Source: a virus. From it: a stretch of DNA of 64,000 bases. The stretch lies in the IMG/VR virus record IMGVR_UViG_3300005918_000012. One strand, written 5' to 3'. Positions within the stretch are counted from its first letter, which is position 1. The number at the start of each line of letters is the position of its first letter. A program made the translations under genes and the position numbers. The notes beneath the pieces were generated by a model. The model saw only the letters and a program-made list of their open reading frames with translations. It searched no databases and was not told the origin of the DNA. Below, piece after piece: positions 26,854 through 37,364 of the stretch.

Positions 26854-29730
26854 ATGTCAGATCCTTGGGATATGGAAGATACGATACAAATGAAGCCGTG
26901 GATGAAAACGAAAAAGTTTGTCCTTGGCACAGTTGATAATATTGAAACTATTATGGATCACTGCATAGATAGTCCTCGGTATGCTCTGGACGTGGAAACC
27001 ACGGGGCTAGATAACCGAGTACTAGACTATGGAGGTGTCCTTCGAACAGTTGACCGATTGGTCGGGATTTGTCTGTCACCTGACGGTGTAACAGGCTATT
27101 ACATTCCTCTGAACCATATCGAAGAAAAGATAGATGGTAGCTTAGTTCGTCGAGAGAGCAATGTCCCTTGGGATGCTTTCTCAAAAGCCTTCAGGCGATT
27201 GATAACAGCCACGGAGGAGAAACAAACAGTAGCTATTTTCCACAATGGTAAATTCGATCATGAGTTCCTTCAATATCACGGAGAAGGTGAACCCTTTGGG
27301 AAATGGGATAAGACTTATATGTGGGATGACACCCTCATTCTGGCTTACCTCTCGGACTCCCGCCGTCGTCAAAAAGGTTTGAAAGCTCTATCTAAAGAGC
27401 TGCTTGACATAGAGATGTTGGAGCTGAAAGAGATTTTCCCAGAGAAGACAAATGCTAAAGGGAAAAAACTCAAAGTCAGGCTGGATTTCTCCAGACTTGA
27501 CCCAGAAGAACCTTCGACTTTGTGGTATGGGGGTGGTGACGGTATCTGTACCAGACTTCTTTACGATATATTTGCCCCTGATGTTCTGGAACCAGCTCAC
27601 GGGTTCGACCAAAAAGTTGTGTACCAGATTGAGAAAAAAGCTATAGCTGCTACCCGTTGGATGGAACGGAATCGAATCCACCTTGATAAGAAGAAACTTG
27701 GTGAGTTGATTATGGTTGGCCATAAGGAATGGTTTGCTTCTATCATAGACGTTTACACGGCAGCCTCAGAGATACTGGGACGGGATATAATGCCTGGAGT
27801 TTATAAATCCCTCAAGGAGAAATTCATTGCTGACGACCCTAGTTTAACCATTAAAGAACAGCTGAAAACGGCAGCAGTAGATGCTGAATTTAACCATCCT
27901 AATCCGGTAGGTAAGGTCACAGACGCTGCTGGTAAAAAGTGGCCACCAATCTATGATTTGAAGGCAGCTCAACAGTTGGGTGTTATGTTTGAGGATATGG
28001 GTGTCCAAGGATTAAAGAGAACTGAAAAATCCGGTCAGATTAAAACATCTAAAGATGAACTTGACCGAATTGTTGAAACTGCTGGGAAGCAGTTCCCATT
28101 TATGGGGAAAATCAAACGATTCAGAGAAATTGATAAGGCTCTGTCTACCTATCTCTATCCAATGTTCAGCCATTTAGACCCTTTGGATGATACGATGCGT
28201 GTCAGTTTCAATGGCAATAAGGTTGATACTGGGAGATACTGTACTCCTGCACCTAAAGAACCGATGGTAGGGACACCTAAAGTTAATTTACAAGCATTGC
28301 CTCGTGCTGGTGGTTCTAAACGACCTGAGTGTATGAGACGGCTTCGAGAGTGCATTACAGCTCGTCGTCCGAACAGTGTTATCGTAGCCATCGATTATGC
28401 TGGTGTTGAACTTCGGCTTATTACCAATTTGTCACGAGAACCTCTGTGGCTGACTGAGTTCTTTCATTGTTCGGGGTGTGACAGGACTTTCGACCGTGGT
28501 GATGGTCAAACTACCCCTGAACCACCTCCGGCTCGTTGCCCGAATTGTGGCTCTGATAAAATCGGTGATTTACATACTCTGACAGGTATCAGTGTTTTTG
28601 GTAAAGAAGTCCAAGCTGATCCTGACTGGAAAGAATATCGTGGTAAAGCAAAATCTTTGAACTTTGCTCTCTGTTACGGTGGTGGTGGTATGGCTGCTCA
28701 ACGTGCCACGGGTGTTGACCGTAACGAAGGTAACAGAATGAAACGGCAGTTTGAGGGGACATACAGGACTCTGAAAAACTGGTGGGATGCACAACATGCC
28801 TTTGGCAAACAGCATGGTTTCGTTGTGACGGCTTTCAAGCGTCGGTATCCTCTGCCTGATATCAATCATGCAGACGGTTTCTTTCGTTCCAAAGCTGAGA
28901 GAAATGCTGTGAATGGCCCGATTCAAGGGACTTCGGCAGATGTAACCAAGATTGCTATGGGTTTAGTCTTTAACGAATGTAAGAAACGTGATTGGCTGGA
29001 CAAAGTTCAGATGATTATTACGATGCACGATGAACTCGTGTTCGAGATAGACTTGGAGATTCTGGAAGAAGCTGTCAACGTCATCAACCCGATTATGTGT
29101 AGTAACCCGATGATTATGTCCCAAAATTGGCCGATACCGTTGACGACAGATGTTGAAATTGGTCATGATTGGACGGTTCCGTGGGATCTGAATGTCTTGA
29201 AGTACAAAGAAGTTCGGTTCATTGGGGATAAGAAATATTACAAACTCGAGGATGCTCCTGACGGATCTGATTGGGAGACAATGGAGACGTGGCCGGATAC
29301 ACTCCGTCCTTTTTTCAAAGCGGTGAATGAGGCTATGCCAGCCCCAACAAATTCACCGCAGCCAGTCCCAACACCTGATTCGGCAGTTCAACAACGAGTA
29401 ACTGTTGCTCCTGACCCTATTCAGGAAAACCCAGTAGTTGAATCGGATGTTAAACCTGTAGCAGGACCTGTAACAGAACCCGTTATTGCCCAACCAGCTA
29501 AAACTACAGTGCCTTCAGGGTCTGTTTTTGAATATCAATTACATAGCCCCCTTACATTAGAGACATTGTTTAGGCTTTCTAACATTATCATTGCCTGCAA
29601 GAATAAAGGAACTCGAATATTACAAGTTCTGGCAATGGATGGAACAGTTTTGGATTTGGAAAAATCCTACGGGAAAGTGATTATTAACCCCATAACCTTT
29701 GAGGCCTTAGCCCAACTTGAAAAGATATGA
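26854..29730 (+). CDS. family A DNA polymerase with 3'-5' exonuclease
   Basis: DVETTGL and HNGKFD exo motifs; IDYAGVELR (A), RGKAKSLNFALCYG (B), MHDELVF (C); AGGAGG SD. Confidence 0.95.
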   Translation: MSDPWDMEDTIQMKPWMKTKKFVLGTVDNIETIMDHCIDSPRYALDVETTGLDNRVLDYGGVLRTVDRLVGICLSPDGVTGYYIPLNHIEEKIDGSLVRRESNVPWDAFSKAFRRLITATEEKQTVAIFHNGKFDHEFLQYHGEGEPFGKWDKTYMWDDTLILAYLSDSRRRQKGLKALSKELLDIEMLELKEIFPEKTNAKGKKLKVRLDFSRLDPEEPSTLWYGGGDGICTRLLYDIFAPDVLEPAHGFDQKVVYQIEKKAIAATRWMERNRIHLDKKKLGELIMVGHKEWFASIIDVYTAASEILGRDIMPGVYKSLKEKFIADDPSLTIKEQLKTAAVDAEFNHPNPVGKVTDAAGKKWPPIYDLKAAQQLGVMFEDMGVQGLKRTEKSGQIKTSKDELDRIVETAGKQFPFMGKIKRFREIDKALSTYLYPMFSHLDPLDDTMRVSFNGNKVDTGRYCTPAPKEPMVGTPKVNLQALPRAGGSKRPECMRRLRECITARRPNSVIVAIDYAGVELRLITNLSREPLWLTEFFHCSGCDRTFDRGDGQTTPEPPPARCPNCGSDKIGDLHTLTGISVFGKEVQADPDWKEYRGKAKSLNFALCYGGGGMAAQRATGVDRNEGNRMKRQFEGTYRTLKNWWDAQHAFGKQHGFVVTAFKRRYPLPDINHADGFFRSKAERNAVNGPIQGTSADVTKIAMGLVFNECKKRDWLDKVQMIITMHDELVFEIDLEILEEAVNVINPIMCSNPMIMSQNWPIPLTTDVEIGHDWTVPWDLNVLKYKEVRFIGDKKYYKLEDAPDGSDWETMETWPDTLRPFFKAVNEAMPAPTNSPQPVPTPDSAVQQRVTVAPDPIQENPVVESDVKPVAGPVTEPVIAQPAKTTVPSGSVFEYQLHSPLTLETLFRLSNIIIACKNKGTRILQVLAMDGTVLDLEKSYGKVIINPITFEALAQLEKI

Positions 29731-30143
29731 AAAAAACACAAGTACAACTATCAGGTGTAGAAGAATGCTCAGGAAATCCTAACGAATGTGCTTCAAGATC
29801 GTGTGATCTGTCTGAGTGTCCGTTAATGAATAACTTAGTCCAACAAGCTTTCCGTTTAGCCTCTGACAAAGATGCAGGTTCTGTTTATCTGAAATACTTG
29901 ACAGAAGCCATCTTGAGGGTAGGCAAACTCCCGTCGGAAACGGCTGTCTTAGCTAAAATGAAAGCCGAAAAAGAGGCACTTATTCAACGAGCTACACACA
30001 CTCAGGAAATAATGGGTACAATTAAAGAGAACAAATCTTTATGGAATGCCTTTGACATTTTACAACAAGGCAATCATACTCGTCTTGATGAACTAGATGA
30101 TGTTATTATTACTATGGAGAAACTAAATGTTAAGACCCATTAA
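29727..30143 (+). CDS. hypothetical protein
   Basis: ATGA overlap. Confidence 0.65.
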   Translation: MKKTQVQLSGVEECSGNPNECASRSCDLSECPLMNNLVQQAFRLASDKDAGSVYLKYLTEAILRVGKLPSETAVLAKMKAEKEALIQRATHTQEIMGTIKENKSLWNAFDILQQGNHTRLDELDDVIITMEKLNVKTH

Positions 30144-30513
30144 ACTCACACACGAAGGAAAAGAGTTTTCTTTTGCTTGTGTTCATTGGGAGGTCTTTCC
30201 CCCTACGGCTGGACTCATAGCTAAATTTGAAAAAATAACTTTGGATGAGTACTGGAAAAGCGGTCGGTTAAAGCCCAAGGACTATCAACCAGCTAAAGTG
30301 TGGGAAAAGATTTGTAACAAATTTAAAATGAGTGAGTCTTGTATTGATTGTAAGCAGGTACGGCGACTGGAGATCAATAATATGTTGCCTTGTTTGGTGA
30401 CTCTGGATGGTTCCCATTCAGTCCCTCAAATAGATATCCCGACATTAGAGCTGGGGAGGGCTTCTGCTATTATCCCAGACTCAAAAACAAGGATTAAAAA
30501 GGCTAAGGGATGA
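30127..30513 (+). CDS. hypothetical protein
   Basis: GGAG SD. Confidence 0.65.
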   Translation: MLRPIKLTHEGKEFSFACVHWEVFPPTAGLIAKFEKITLDEYWKSGRLKPKDYQPAKVWEKICNKFKMSESCIDCKQVRRLEINNMLPCLVTLDGSHSVPQIDIPTLELGRASAIIPDSKTRIKKAKG

Positions 30514-31247
30514 AACATAGTCTCTTAGAGGACTGCATGGCAGACTCTATAAAAAAAGCTGAGAGAGATGTCCCAAATCACCCAGAGGAATTCCAAAATG
30601 CTTTCTGTGTTTATTGCCGTAATCCATATTGTGAACATGCTAAGTGGGCTGTAGATAAATTCTCTGCTCGGGTAGCTACTCAACCTGATAGATTCTTTAA
30701 TCCTATTCAGGGAAACCCAAACGACCCTCAGTTTAAAACATTGGTAGACTTTCAAGAGATGTCAAGAGAAGCTCTTAGAGTTTATATGGCCAAGCAAAAC
30801 GATTGGGACCCCCCGGAGATTGAAATCACCGATGGCAAGAATGAAACTCCTACAAAAGATATTACAAATGCAGTTGATGATGCAGCCAAGGCTTTAGCTA
30901 AGTCTAAAAATAAAGATTTAAAGATACCAGAACCAACGGATAAGCCTGTCGAGGAAACTTTTGAGTCCCTTAAAGCCCCAGAGGATGTGAACTCAGTAGA
31001 GATTGCAGCAGTTGAACCCGAACCTCCCCCAGAGAAACTTGCAAAACCACCCGTAAAACCACCACCGGAGAAACCAAAAGGGACGGCATCACGGTTAGGG
31101 AATACAGAGAATCCGAAGTCTGGTATAATGATTGGTGGGGCTGACCCTTCTGAATCAGTTAATGACCCTTGGGCACCTTCCTCACCAAACACAGTGAAGA
31201 AAGTAGAGCCAGGTGCTAAGATTATTATGAATAGTGGGAAGAAGTAA
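30510..31247 (+). CDS. hypothetical protein with CxxC motif and Pro/Glu-rich C-terminus
   Basis: ATGA overlap; CVYCRNPYC. Confidence 0.7.
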   Translation: MKHSLLEDCMADSIKKAERDVPNHPEEFQNAFCVYCRNPYCEHAKWAVDKFSARVATQPDRFFNPIQGNPNDPQFKTLVDFQEMSREALRVYMAKQNDWDPPEIEITDGKNETPTKDITNAVDDAAKALAKSKNKDLKIPEPTDKPVEETFESLKAPEDVNSVEIAAVEPEPPPEKLAKPPVKPPPEKPKGTASRLGNTENPKSGIMIGGADPSESVNDPWAPSSPNTVKKVEPGAKIIMNSGKK

Positions 31248-31468
31248 TGTCAGTTGACCAAGTTATGAATGCATTAGGGAATTTGAGGTCTATTATGGAT
31301 AATCGAGCCGTACTGAGTTTGTTAGCAGAAGCCTGTAGGTTAACTAAGAAAGATAAACCTGAAACTATTCCAAAAGTTGCAGCAGTTGCAGCAGATGCTG
31401 CTCCTGAGTTTCCGACGGATTCTGAAGATACAGAATTCCCATCAGATAAAGATGATGGGTGGGGGTAA
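31247..31468 (+). CDS. hypothetical protein
   Basis: TAATG overlap. Confidence 0.6.
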   Translation: MSVDQVMNALGNLRSIMDNRAVLSLLAEACRLTKKDKPETIPKVAAVAADAAPEFPTDSEDTEFPSDKDDGWG

Positions 31469-31471
31469 ATA

Positions 31472-32617
31472 ATGACAATGGAAAAAGAGGCACTACAGGC
31501 ATTATCTACCCTGTTCGGCCATACAATCAAAGAAAATCCTAAGCTTCTAAAGATTATGGATGATGCTAAGAATAAAATCATTACAGAAGCAGAGGCTATG
31601 GACCAAATGATGGCTCTAGTCCAAAGTGATCCTGAGCTGAGTCAGAAATTAATGGGTCACGCTTCAAAAGATCTGTCTCCTTTACGTGAGGATCAGATTC
31701 CGATTGGTCCTGCTCAAAGTGGTGTTGGAGACCCTAATACTCCGTTCTATTCTCGTCCCGGGAGTCTTCCGGGGATTAATCCATTATACACAGGTAGAAT
31801 CGTTGAACGACTTCAGTTTGATAACGATATCCCTGAGCTTCGGACAGGACCCAAAGAGATCGGGCGTCCTTCGGCAGTTGGTGTAGATTCAAATGCTCGA
31901 AACCCCGTAGCTTTAGGCATGATGATAAATCAAGCCGAAAAGGAATTGGGGGTCGAAGTTGACGCTCTGGAAATGAAACGAAGGAAACAAATTGAAGGTG
32001 TTGCAGATGGCTCTATGAAGAATGTAGCCTTAATGAGGCAGCATACAGCTTTGATTGCAAAGCACGGGACAGATGCAGCCAAGGAGATGATGCTGTACGG
32101 CTCGGCTGATACAGACCATCCTGAGTATCGTCGAGGGTCAGTCCCAGCTCCAAGATCTATTTCATTTCCTGAAGCCTCTAAACTTCTTCAAATGCCCGGA
32201 AGGGATGCAAGGGATGCAGCTTGGAAGATGTTATCCTCGACTCAAGGCCGTCGAACCGGTTTAACTGCTGTCCGTGGAATTATCATCAGCCATTTAGCTT
32301 CTAAGAAAATCTCTGTTAGATGGCGGGAGTTTGACAAAGCAACTCCTCCTGACCATATTAAAGCATCTCATAAATGGAGAGTTAGCATTACAGGAGCTCA
32401 AAACCTCCAAGCCGGCTTCTCTATCTTGGATACCGCTGGTAAAGCATTAGCTGCTAATTTAGTTCGACAGATGGAGGGTCAGCATATACCCAAAGATTTA
32501 ACTTTAGAGATCACACCTGTCAATCAGATAGCTGACCGAGAAGTCGGTTGGGCAGCCCGTTTGGTTAGTACTTTCAAATTGAAGGCACTTGAAAATGACA
32601 CCAAAGAAATCAATTAA
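31472..32617 (+). CDS. hypothetical protein
   Basis: 381-aa ORF in operon. Confidence 0.75.
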   Translation: MTMEKEALQALSTLFGHTIKENPKLLKIMDDAKNKIITEAEAMDQMMALVQSDPELSQKLMGHASKDLSPLREDQIPIGPAQSGVGDPNTPFYSRPGSLPGINPLYTGRIVERLQFDNDIPELRTGPKEIGRPSAVGVDSNARNPVALGMMINQAEKELGVEVDALEMKRRKQIEGVADGSMKNVALMRQHTALIAKHGTDAAKEMMLYGSADTDHPEYRRGSVPAPRSISFPEASKLLQMPGRDARDAAWKMLSSTQGRRTGLTAVRGIIISHLASKKISVRWREFDKATPPDHIKASHKWRVSITGAQNLQAGFSILDTAGKALAANLVRQMEGQHIPKDLTLEITPVNQIADREVGWAARLVSTFKLKALENDTKEIN

Positions 32618-32936
32618 ATTTAACGAGGTAACTCTGATAGCTGGGTTACAAAAAATTATAAACCTTGTTTTTATTGAGGGTGGTTACACAGTTATTGTAT
32701 GCCCAAATCAAAATATGACAACTCAGATTGCAGGTCTTGTGGGTTCATTAGTCTCTGAAAAAGGTAAATTTTCAGGAAGAACCGTAACTTTCCCCAGTGA
32801 TGGGAAAGTTTCTGTGGTTTGTGCTGAGGATGATATTTTCATCTCTGATGAGGAATCTTTTTCAGTGGAGTTTGTAGGTTGGACAGCCCGAGATAATAGT
32901 AAAGGAATGACGAAATGGCAGAGCAAAGCACTTTAA
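32589..32936 (+). CDS. hypothetical protein
   Basis: ORF in operon. Confidence 0.6.
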   Translation: MKMTPKKSIKFNEVTLIAGLQKIINLVFIEGGYTVIVCPNQNMTTQIAGLVGSLVSEKGKFSGRTVTFPSDGKVSVVCAEDDIFISDEESFSVEFVGWTARDNSKGMTKWQSKAL

Positions 32937-33172
32937 TCCATAGAGTATGGACTTTCTTATTGTTATCAGGCCCGCCTGTTCAAATAACCCTCCCGGGAAG
33001 TCCTGGGTTAGATTTTCAGGGTCCTAGAACGTATTGGAAAATCGTAGCTTCGGAAGCTGTTGCCGACGATGCTTTACGTCTTTTTGAGAACCTTGGTATC
33101 ACGGTTAAACGGTATGTTGAGGAAGAAAATGAGGAGATGTTGGCTGAACGGGAGAAGTACCACGGCAAATAG
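32915..33172 (+). CDS. hypothetical protein
   Basis: ORF in operon, AAGGA SD. Confidence 0.6.
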   Translation: MAEQSTLIHRVWTFLLLSGPPVQITLPGSPGLDFQGPRTYWKIVASEAVADDALRLFENLGITVKRYVEEENEEMLAEREKYHGK

Positions 33173-33251
33173 TTCGTTTTATAGTCTATAAAACCCTTCT
33201 TGTGTATATGATGGTCTATTTTTTTGGACGTATTACAGATAAGGATATATT

Positions 33252-34145
33252 ATGGAATCTAACAAAATTCGTGGAAAAGCTATCAGGTTAGCACACGAGA
33301 ATCCAGCACTTCGGGATAAAATCTTACCATTGGTCAAAAATGCCACGGGAAAACGGGTTCTTACAGGTGCTCAACGTCGTGACCTAGTAGAAGCTATTCA
33401 GATTTCTCGTAATCTAACTGCTGGTGACCCTCTTGAAAAAGTGAAAATTGATAAACTGCCAGGTATTTCGAAAATGCAATTTGAGAAATACATTGACAAA
33501 CTTCATAAAATGCAAGTTGCCCTCAAGAAGCAGAAAAAAGATGCCGAGGCCGTCCTCAAAAGCATTAAGGCTTCAGATGCCGAATATAAAAAAGGTAAGA
33601 AACTCATCGAAGATGCTGCACGGGAACTTGGTGTGAAAGCCAAACTCTGTGGTGAATCCGAAGATACTTGCATTGAGATATCGTCTTTCTACAAACGTCA
33701 GAGACCTGGTATTGCTCAGATGCTGGCAGACCCTACTGATGCTGACTGGGGTGAAAAAGCAGGAGACCTGTACGGTCGAATTGCTTCCAAGTTAGGTGCA
33801 GAAGTTTCTGCAGCAGTTCAAGTTATCTACGAAGCATGTGCTGAAGACCTCACTCATTCCTCTCATACTGTTAGTATGGGTAAGCTGTTTGCTAAAACAT
33901 CCAGCATCCACCCAACTATCCTTAAGAATGCTGGTATCCTTGATGGTATCGGTGCTTTCAAAGACTGGCTTAAAGGTGGTGTCAGTGGTCTTACCAAGAG
34001 ATTTCTTCAGTTCGGTGGAAACATCAAACAATGGGCTCAAGGTTTCGTGAATAGAACTAAAGTCGTAAAGAAAGCCTCTGATAAGATGGCTAAAGCTGCT
34101 CAAACAGCTGAAAAAGGATTTGACAAAATCCTGACTCACAAATAA
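33252..34145 (+). CDS. helical Lys/Ala-rich protein, possibly virion-associated
   Basis: own class C motif and terminator; N-terminal IRLAHENPALRDKILPLV. Confidence 0.7.
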   Translation: MESNKIRGKAIRLAHENPALRDKILPLVKNATGKRVLTGAQRRDLVEAIQISRNLTAGDPLEKVKIDKLPGISKMQFEKYIDKLHKMQVALKKQKKDAEAVLKSIKASDAEYKKGKKLIEDAARELGVKAKLCGESEDTCIEISSFYKRQRPGIAQMLADPTDADWGEKAGDLYGRIASKLGAEVSAAVQVIYEACAEDLTHSSHTVSMGKLFAKTSSIHPTILKNAGILDGIGAFKDWLKGGVSGLTKRFLQFGGNIKQWAQGFVNRTKVVKKASDKMAKAAQTAEKGFDKILTHK

Positions 34146-34180
34146 AACCTTCCGCCAGTCCCCTCTGGCTATTCCCGGAA

Positions 34181-34214
34181 AAAGTCCTCAGCCTATTGCT
34201 GAGGGCTTTTTTTT
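34181..34214 (+). terminator. intrinsic terminator
   Basis: AAAGTCCTCAGC-ctatt-GCTGAGGGCTTT followed by T run. Confidence 0.8.
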
Positions 34215-34311
34215 ATGAAGTTTCATTACCAAATAAAACTTTCCCAGTTAGAAGTTTCAGTTTTGGGGTAAGAATAAGGGAATGAATGTCTCTTTCAGGA
34301 GAACTTGAGCT

Positions 34312-34725
34312 ATGGCCTATAAAAAGAAACTGTACCGAGAACCTTTGTCGAAGGAGTTAACAAAAGCCTTGTTAACTACAGCAGGGACTTCTCTAGCAGA
34401 AACACTTGAACAAGTCAGAGTAACCCTTCACGATACCATCGAAAAAGCCCGTATACACCTTGAAGTCAACCCACTGACACCCATTGTAGCTCAATCGGTG
34501 ACGAAGGAGCTGGGACGGCGTGGAGACGCTACCGTAGTTGTGGGTGATGACGGGGTTGTCATGTTGGAGATTCAGTATGGTGGCAATGGAAATGCTCGTG
34601 ACTGGAAATCTGATTTACCCTCCCTCCAGGAATTCCGTCGGCAGGCTGAGGAGAAGGGTGTGGATATCTCCCACCTTGGTCGAAATAAACGTCAGATACA
34701 AGAACTGCTTGATAAATCCACTTAA
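34312..34725 (+). CDS. hypothetical protein
   Basis: AGGAG SD; class B motif upstream. Confidence 0.7.
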   Translation: MAYKKKLYREPLSKELTKALLTTAGTSLAETLEQVRVTLHDTIEKARIHLEVNPLTPIVAQSVTKELGRRGDATVVVGDDGVVMLEIQYGGNGNARDWKSDLPSLQEFRRQAEEKGVDISHLGRNKRQIQELLDKST

Positions 34726-34729
34726 AACC

Positions 34730-34750
34730 CTATAAAAACCTCTATTTAGG
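34730..34750 (+). promoter_or_regulatory. class C (late-like) motif CTAT-N13-TAGG
   Basis: similar copies at 37920, 51184, 57662, 60683; looser ones at 7044, 33186, 63245. Confidence 0.55.
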
Positions 34751-34765
34751 AATGGAGGTTAAATT

Positions 34766-35077
34766 ATGGCACATGTTGATTGGTGGTATGACGACACAGG
34801 AACGAATCTTTTAAAAGGGGTCGAAGATGACCCTGATAACCCTATTATGCTGGAAGGGAATCTGATTGTAGATTTCATCTGTACTATCCCAGCAGCTTTG
34901 GAGTCTTTCAATCGGCTTGTCCCAACGATGCTGGTTGATGAACAAACCCGACTCAATGCTCTTGCTCATGGTATCCCTAAATACAATTTCCAGAACTCAA
35001 AAACCTTCCATGACAATGTCCAAAGAAAATGGAATCAGTCCGGAGTCCGATTGGAAAAACCAAAAGGGAGAGGCTGA
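34766..35077 (+). CDS. hypothetical protein
   Basis: GGAGG SD. Confidence 0.65.
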   Translation: MAHVDWWYDDTGTNLLKGVEDDPDNPIMLEGNLIVDFICTIPAALESFNRLVPTMLVDEQTRLNALAHGIPKYNFQNSKTFHDNVQRKWNQSGVRLEKPKGRG

Positions 35078-35331
35078 TGAGTACACCCCCTCTCCAATCC
35101 AAGAAATTCATAGCTTTTCTAATTGTCGAGATCACCTGGAAACTCCTAGCAGGTATGGTTTTGTTCTGGGGAAAAGGCTCGATGGACAGTGACACCTTCA
35201 TTGTTTTACTGGTCATTGTTATAACTGCTGGTACAGTAGAAGTAGGTTACATCCTTGGTCAAGCAGCACTGGATAAGTACATTCATATGGCTGAAGCAGG
35301 GATTAAACATTTAGACAAGGATGGAAAATGA
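35077..35331 (+). CDS. holin-like small two-TM membrane protein
   Basis: SKKF N-terminus, two hydrophobic helices, YILGQAALD. Confidence 0.55.
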   Translation: MSTPPLQSKKFIAFLIVEITWKLLAGMVLFWGKGSMDSDTFIVLLVIVITAGTVEVGYILGQAALDKYIHMAEAGIKHLDKDGK

Positions 35332-35921
35332 GATATCTTTTATTATGTGTATTAATCATTTGCATTATAGGCGGTTGTGCTTCTAAGAACGTGCATACCT
35401 ATCCTTCAACGAACCGAGTTGTCATCACATCAGATGATGGGTTGGTCATTTGTGTAGAGCCTCCTATGCCCACTGTGGTTACTCAGAACATAGCAGCTTC
35501 TGGGAAAATAAAAGCCACTGATTATGTCAGCATTGAAGGTTCGAGTTCCTATGACGAAACAGCTCACGAAACCTATAAGTTAAATAATGAGAACGTGCTT
35601 CTGCAGTCTGCCTTATTTCGTCTATGTGAAATGATGGCTAACATCCACAATATAGGTGGTACCGTCAATCCTTTAGGGGATAAGTATGAAGCTCAGTTTG
35701 ATAAGATATTCCTCTCTGTTAAGCAACTGCTTGATGCCAAAGTTCAAGAATCGAATGCTCAAGAACTTCGTGTAAAATATAAAATGTATCGGCTACTGGT
35801 AGATATATTGCAGAGGCAGATCAAAGAAATCAAGAAGGACCCTAAGAAGACCAACCAGCTTGAAGAGAAATACGCCCAGTTACAGAAAATCTTAGAGGCA
35901 ATTGAGAAATTAATACAATAA
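35328..35921 (+). CDS. lipoprotein with C-terminal coiled coil
   Basis: lipobox IGGC; ATGA overlap with holin-like gene. Confidence 0.7.
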   Translation: MRYLLLCVLIICIIGGCASKNVHTYPSTNRVVITSDDGLVICVEPPMPTVVTQNIAASGKIKATDYVSIEGSSSYDETAHETYKLNNENVLLQSALFRLCEMMANIHNIGGTVNPLGDKYEAQFDKIFLSVKQLLDAKVQESNAQELRVKYKMYRLLVDILQRQIKEIKKDPKKTNQLEEKYAQLQKILEAIEKLIQ

Positions 35922-35994
35922 GGTAGAAGGTTTTTAACACAAGTTGGTGAAGTGTTTGGTATTATCTTATCAACTTTTGTAAAAGGGAAATTTA

Positions 35995-36210
35995 ATGTCA
36001 CACAAATACAACAAAGAGGCTTATCGTACAGCAACCGAGCAAACAAAAGAAAAATTAGATCCTATGATGAAAGCCTTTATAAAACTTGCAAAAAAAACCC
36101 CAAAAAAAACCCCAAAGAAAAAAGGTATCCGAGGGTTGACATATGATTTCATTATAATAGATGAGGTTGGCCCCTTTGAAGAAAAGAAAACCTCAGAAAA
36201 AAAAGAATAG
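35995..36210 (+). CDS. small basic protein with RGLTYDFIIIDE segment
   Basis: AAGGG SD; ends in TAG in frame with next gene. Confidence 0.5.
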   Translation: MSHKYNKEAYRTATEQTKEKLDPMMKAFIKLAKKTPKKTPKKKGIRGLTYDFIIIDEVGPFEEKKTSEKKE

Positions 36211-36213
36211 TTT

Positions 36214-36708
36214 ATGACAATGTACCGAATGAGAATCTACCGATACTTGCCGGAACGGATGTATGGGTTTGCTATCCTTGAAGACACTAAACAACAAGTG
36301 TTCTTTCATTTAGGCTCATTTGACCCGGGTGTTAAATGGGAGACTCCCTCATACTGTGGTTCCTGCCCTGTCCAAGATTGTTCTTGGTCAAAGACGGCAC
36401 CGCCTCCTGTTGCGGGTGAAGTTGTGGATGTTAAAGTAGACTTAGATGATATCCGTGAAGGTGCTTCAGCCCCCCGTGCTTCCAGGGTGACCAGGGTTGA
36501 CACCCAAGAACCTATTAAGGGTAAGATAAAGACCTTTGATAACCAACGTGGGTATGGTTTTCTGGAAGATGCAGAAGGAGATACCCATTATGTTCATAAG
36601 AGTGATATCATAGGAAACCGAATACCAGCTATCGGCCAAGTAGCAATGTTTTTCTCTGGCCGTAGAGATGGGAAAACCCGATCTTGTCATGTGAGGTTAT
36701 GTAAATGA
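36214..36708 (+). CDS. tandem cold-shock domain protein
   Basis: RMYGFA...VFFH and RGYGFL...HYVH RNP-like motifs. Confidence 0.75.
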   Translation: MTMYRMRIYRYLPERMYGFAILEDTKQQVFFHLGSFDPGVKWETPSYCGSCPVQDCSWSKTAPPPVAGEVVDVKVDLDDIREGASAPRASRVTRVDTQEPIKGKIKTFDNQRGYGFLEDAEGDTHYVHKSDIIGNRIPAIGQVAMFFSGRRDGKTRSCHVRLCK

Positions 36709-37364
36709 GTAAGAAAATGAAACCTGCAGAATCAGCCCCTGAAACAAATATCTTTGGAGGGAAAAACCCTCTGGGTCTTTATGTCCCTATGACAGACGAT
36801 GAGATGGATGCCCTTGACAGGATGATTCAATCAAAGGATCTGGAGCTGGTCATCCACGGTTGGGGGATATTAAACAACCCCAAGATTCAGTTTGGAGACC
36901 TTCGAGTTTGTATTAAATTCAGGTTGGATTTCAACGCCCCTGAGAAACTGACCGAGCTGCACTTCCTTGATTTGGAGCTACGTGTTAGGGGTAGTAATAT
37001 TACTATGTTCAAAAAACGTATGGCTACACAAGTCGGCGGTAAGCCTGTGATGATAAAAGCTGGGTTGTTCCTTGAATTAGCTTGGGATATTGCTATTGAT
37101 CATATCAGCCCTGAGATGGTTAAAATGTATCTTCCGGGTCTGCACGGGATGACTTCTACCAGATTGGATAAAGATACTGGTGCCAGAACCCTGACAGGGA
37201 ACATGACGTTGACAGAAACTCAGAAAAATCATATCCTATTCCTCGAACAACAGAATGCTAAGATACGGCAGGGTGATGCCGAGGATGCTATAAAAATCAC
37301 GAAACGGGCTGGTTATAAAGTTAAGAGTACCAGTAAAGGTCCGGTGGCTCCTGATGTCAAATAG
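36705..37364 (+). CDS. hypothetical protein
   Basis: ATGA overlap, GAGG SD. Confidence 0.7.
   Translation: MSKKMKPAESAPETNIFGGKNPLGLYVPMTDDEMDALDRMIQSKDLELVIHGWGILNNPKIQFGDLRVCIKFRLDFNAPEKLTELHFLDLELRVRGSNITMFKKRMATQVGGKPVMIKAGLFLELAWDIAIDHISPEMVKMYLPGLHGMTSTRLDKDTGARTLTGNMTLTETQKNHILFLEQQNAKIRQGDAEDAIKITKRAGYKVKSTSKGPVAPDVK

Noticed and set aside
36136-36158. Perfect TTGACA and TATAAT hexamers
   Set aside because: Spacer is only 11 nt and the site lies in a coding frame.
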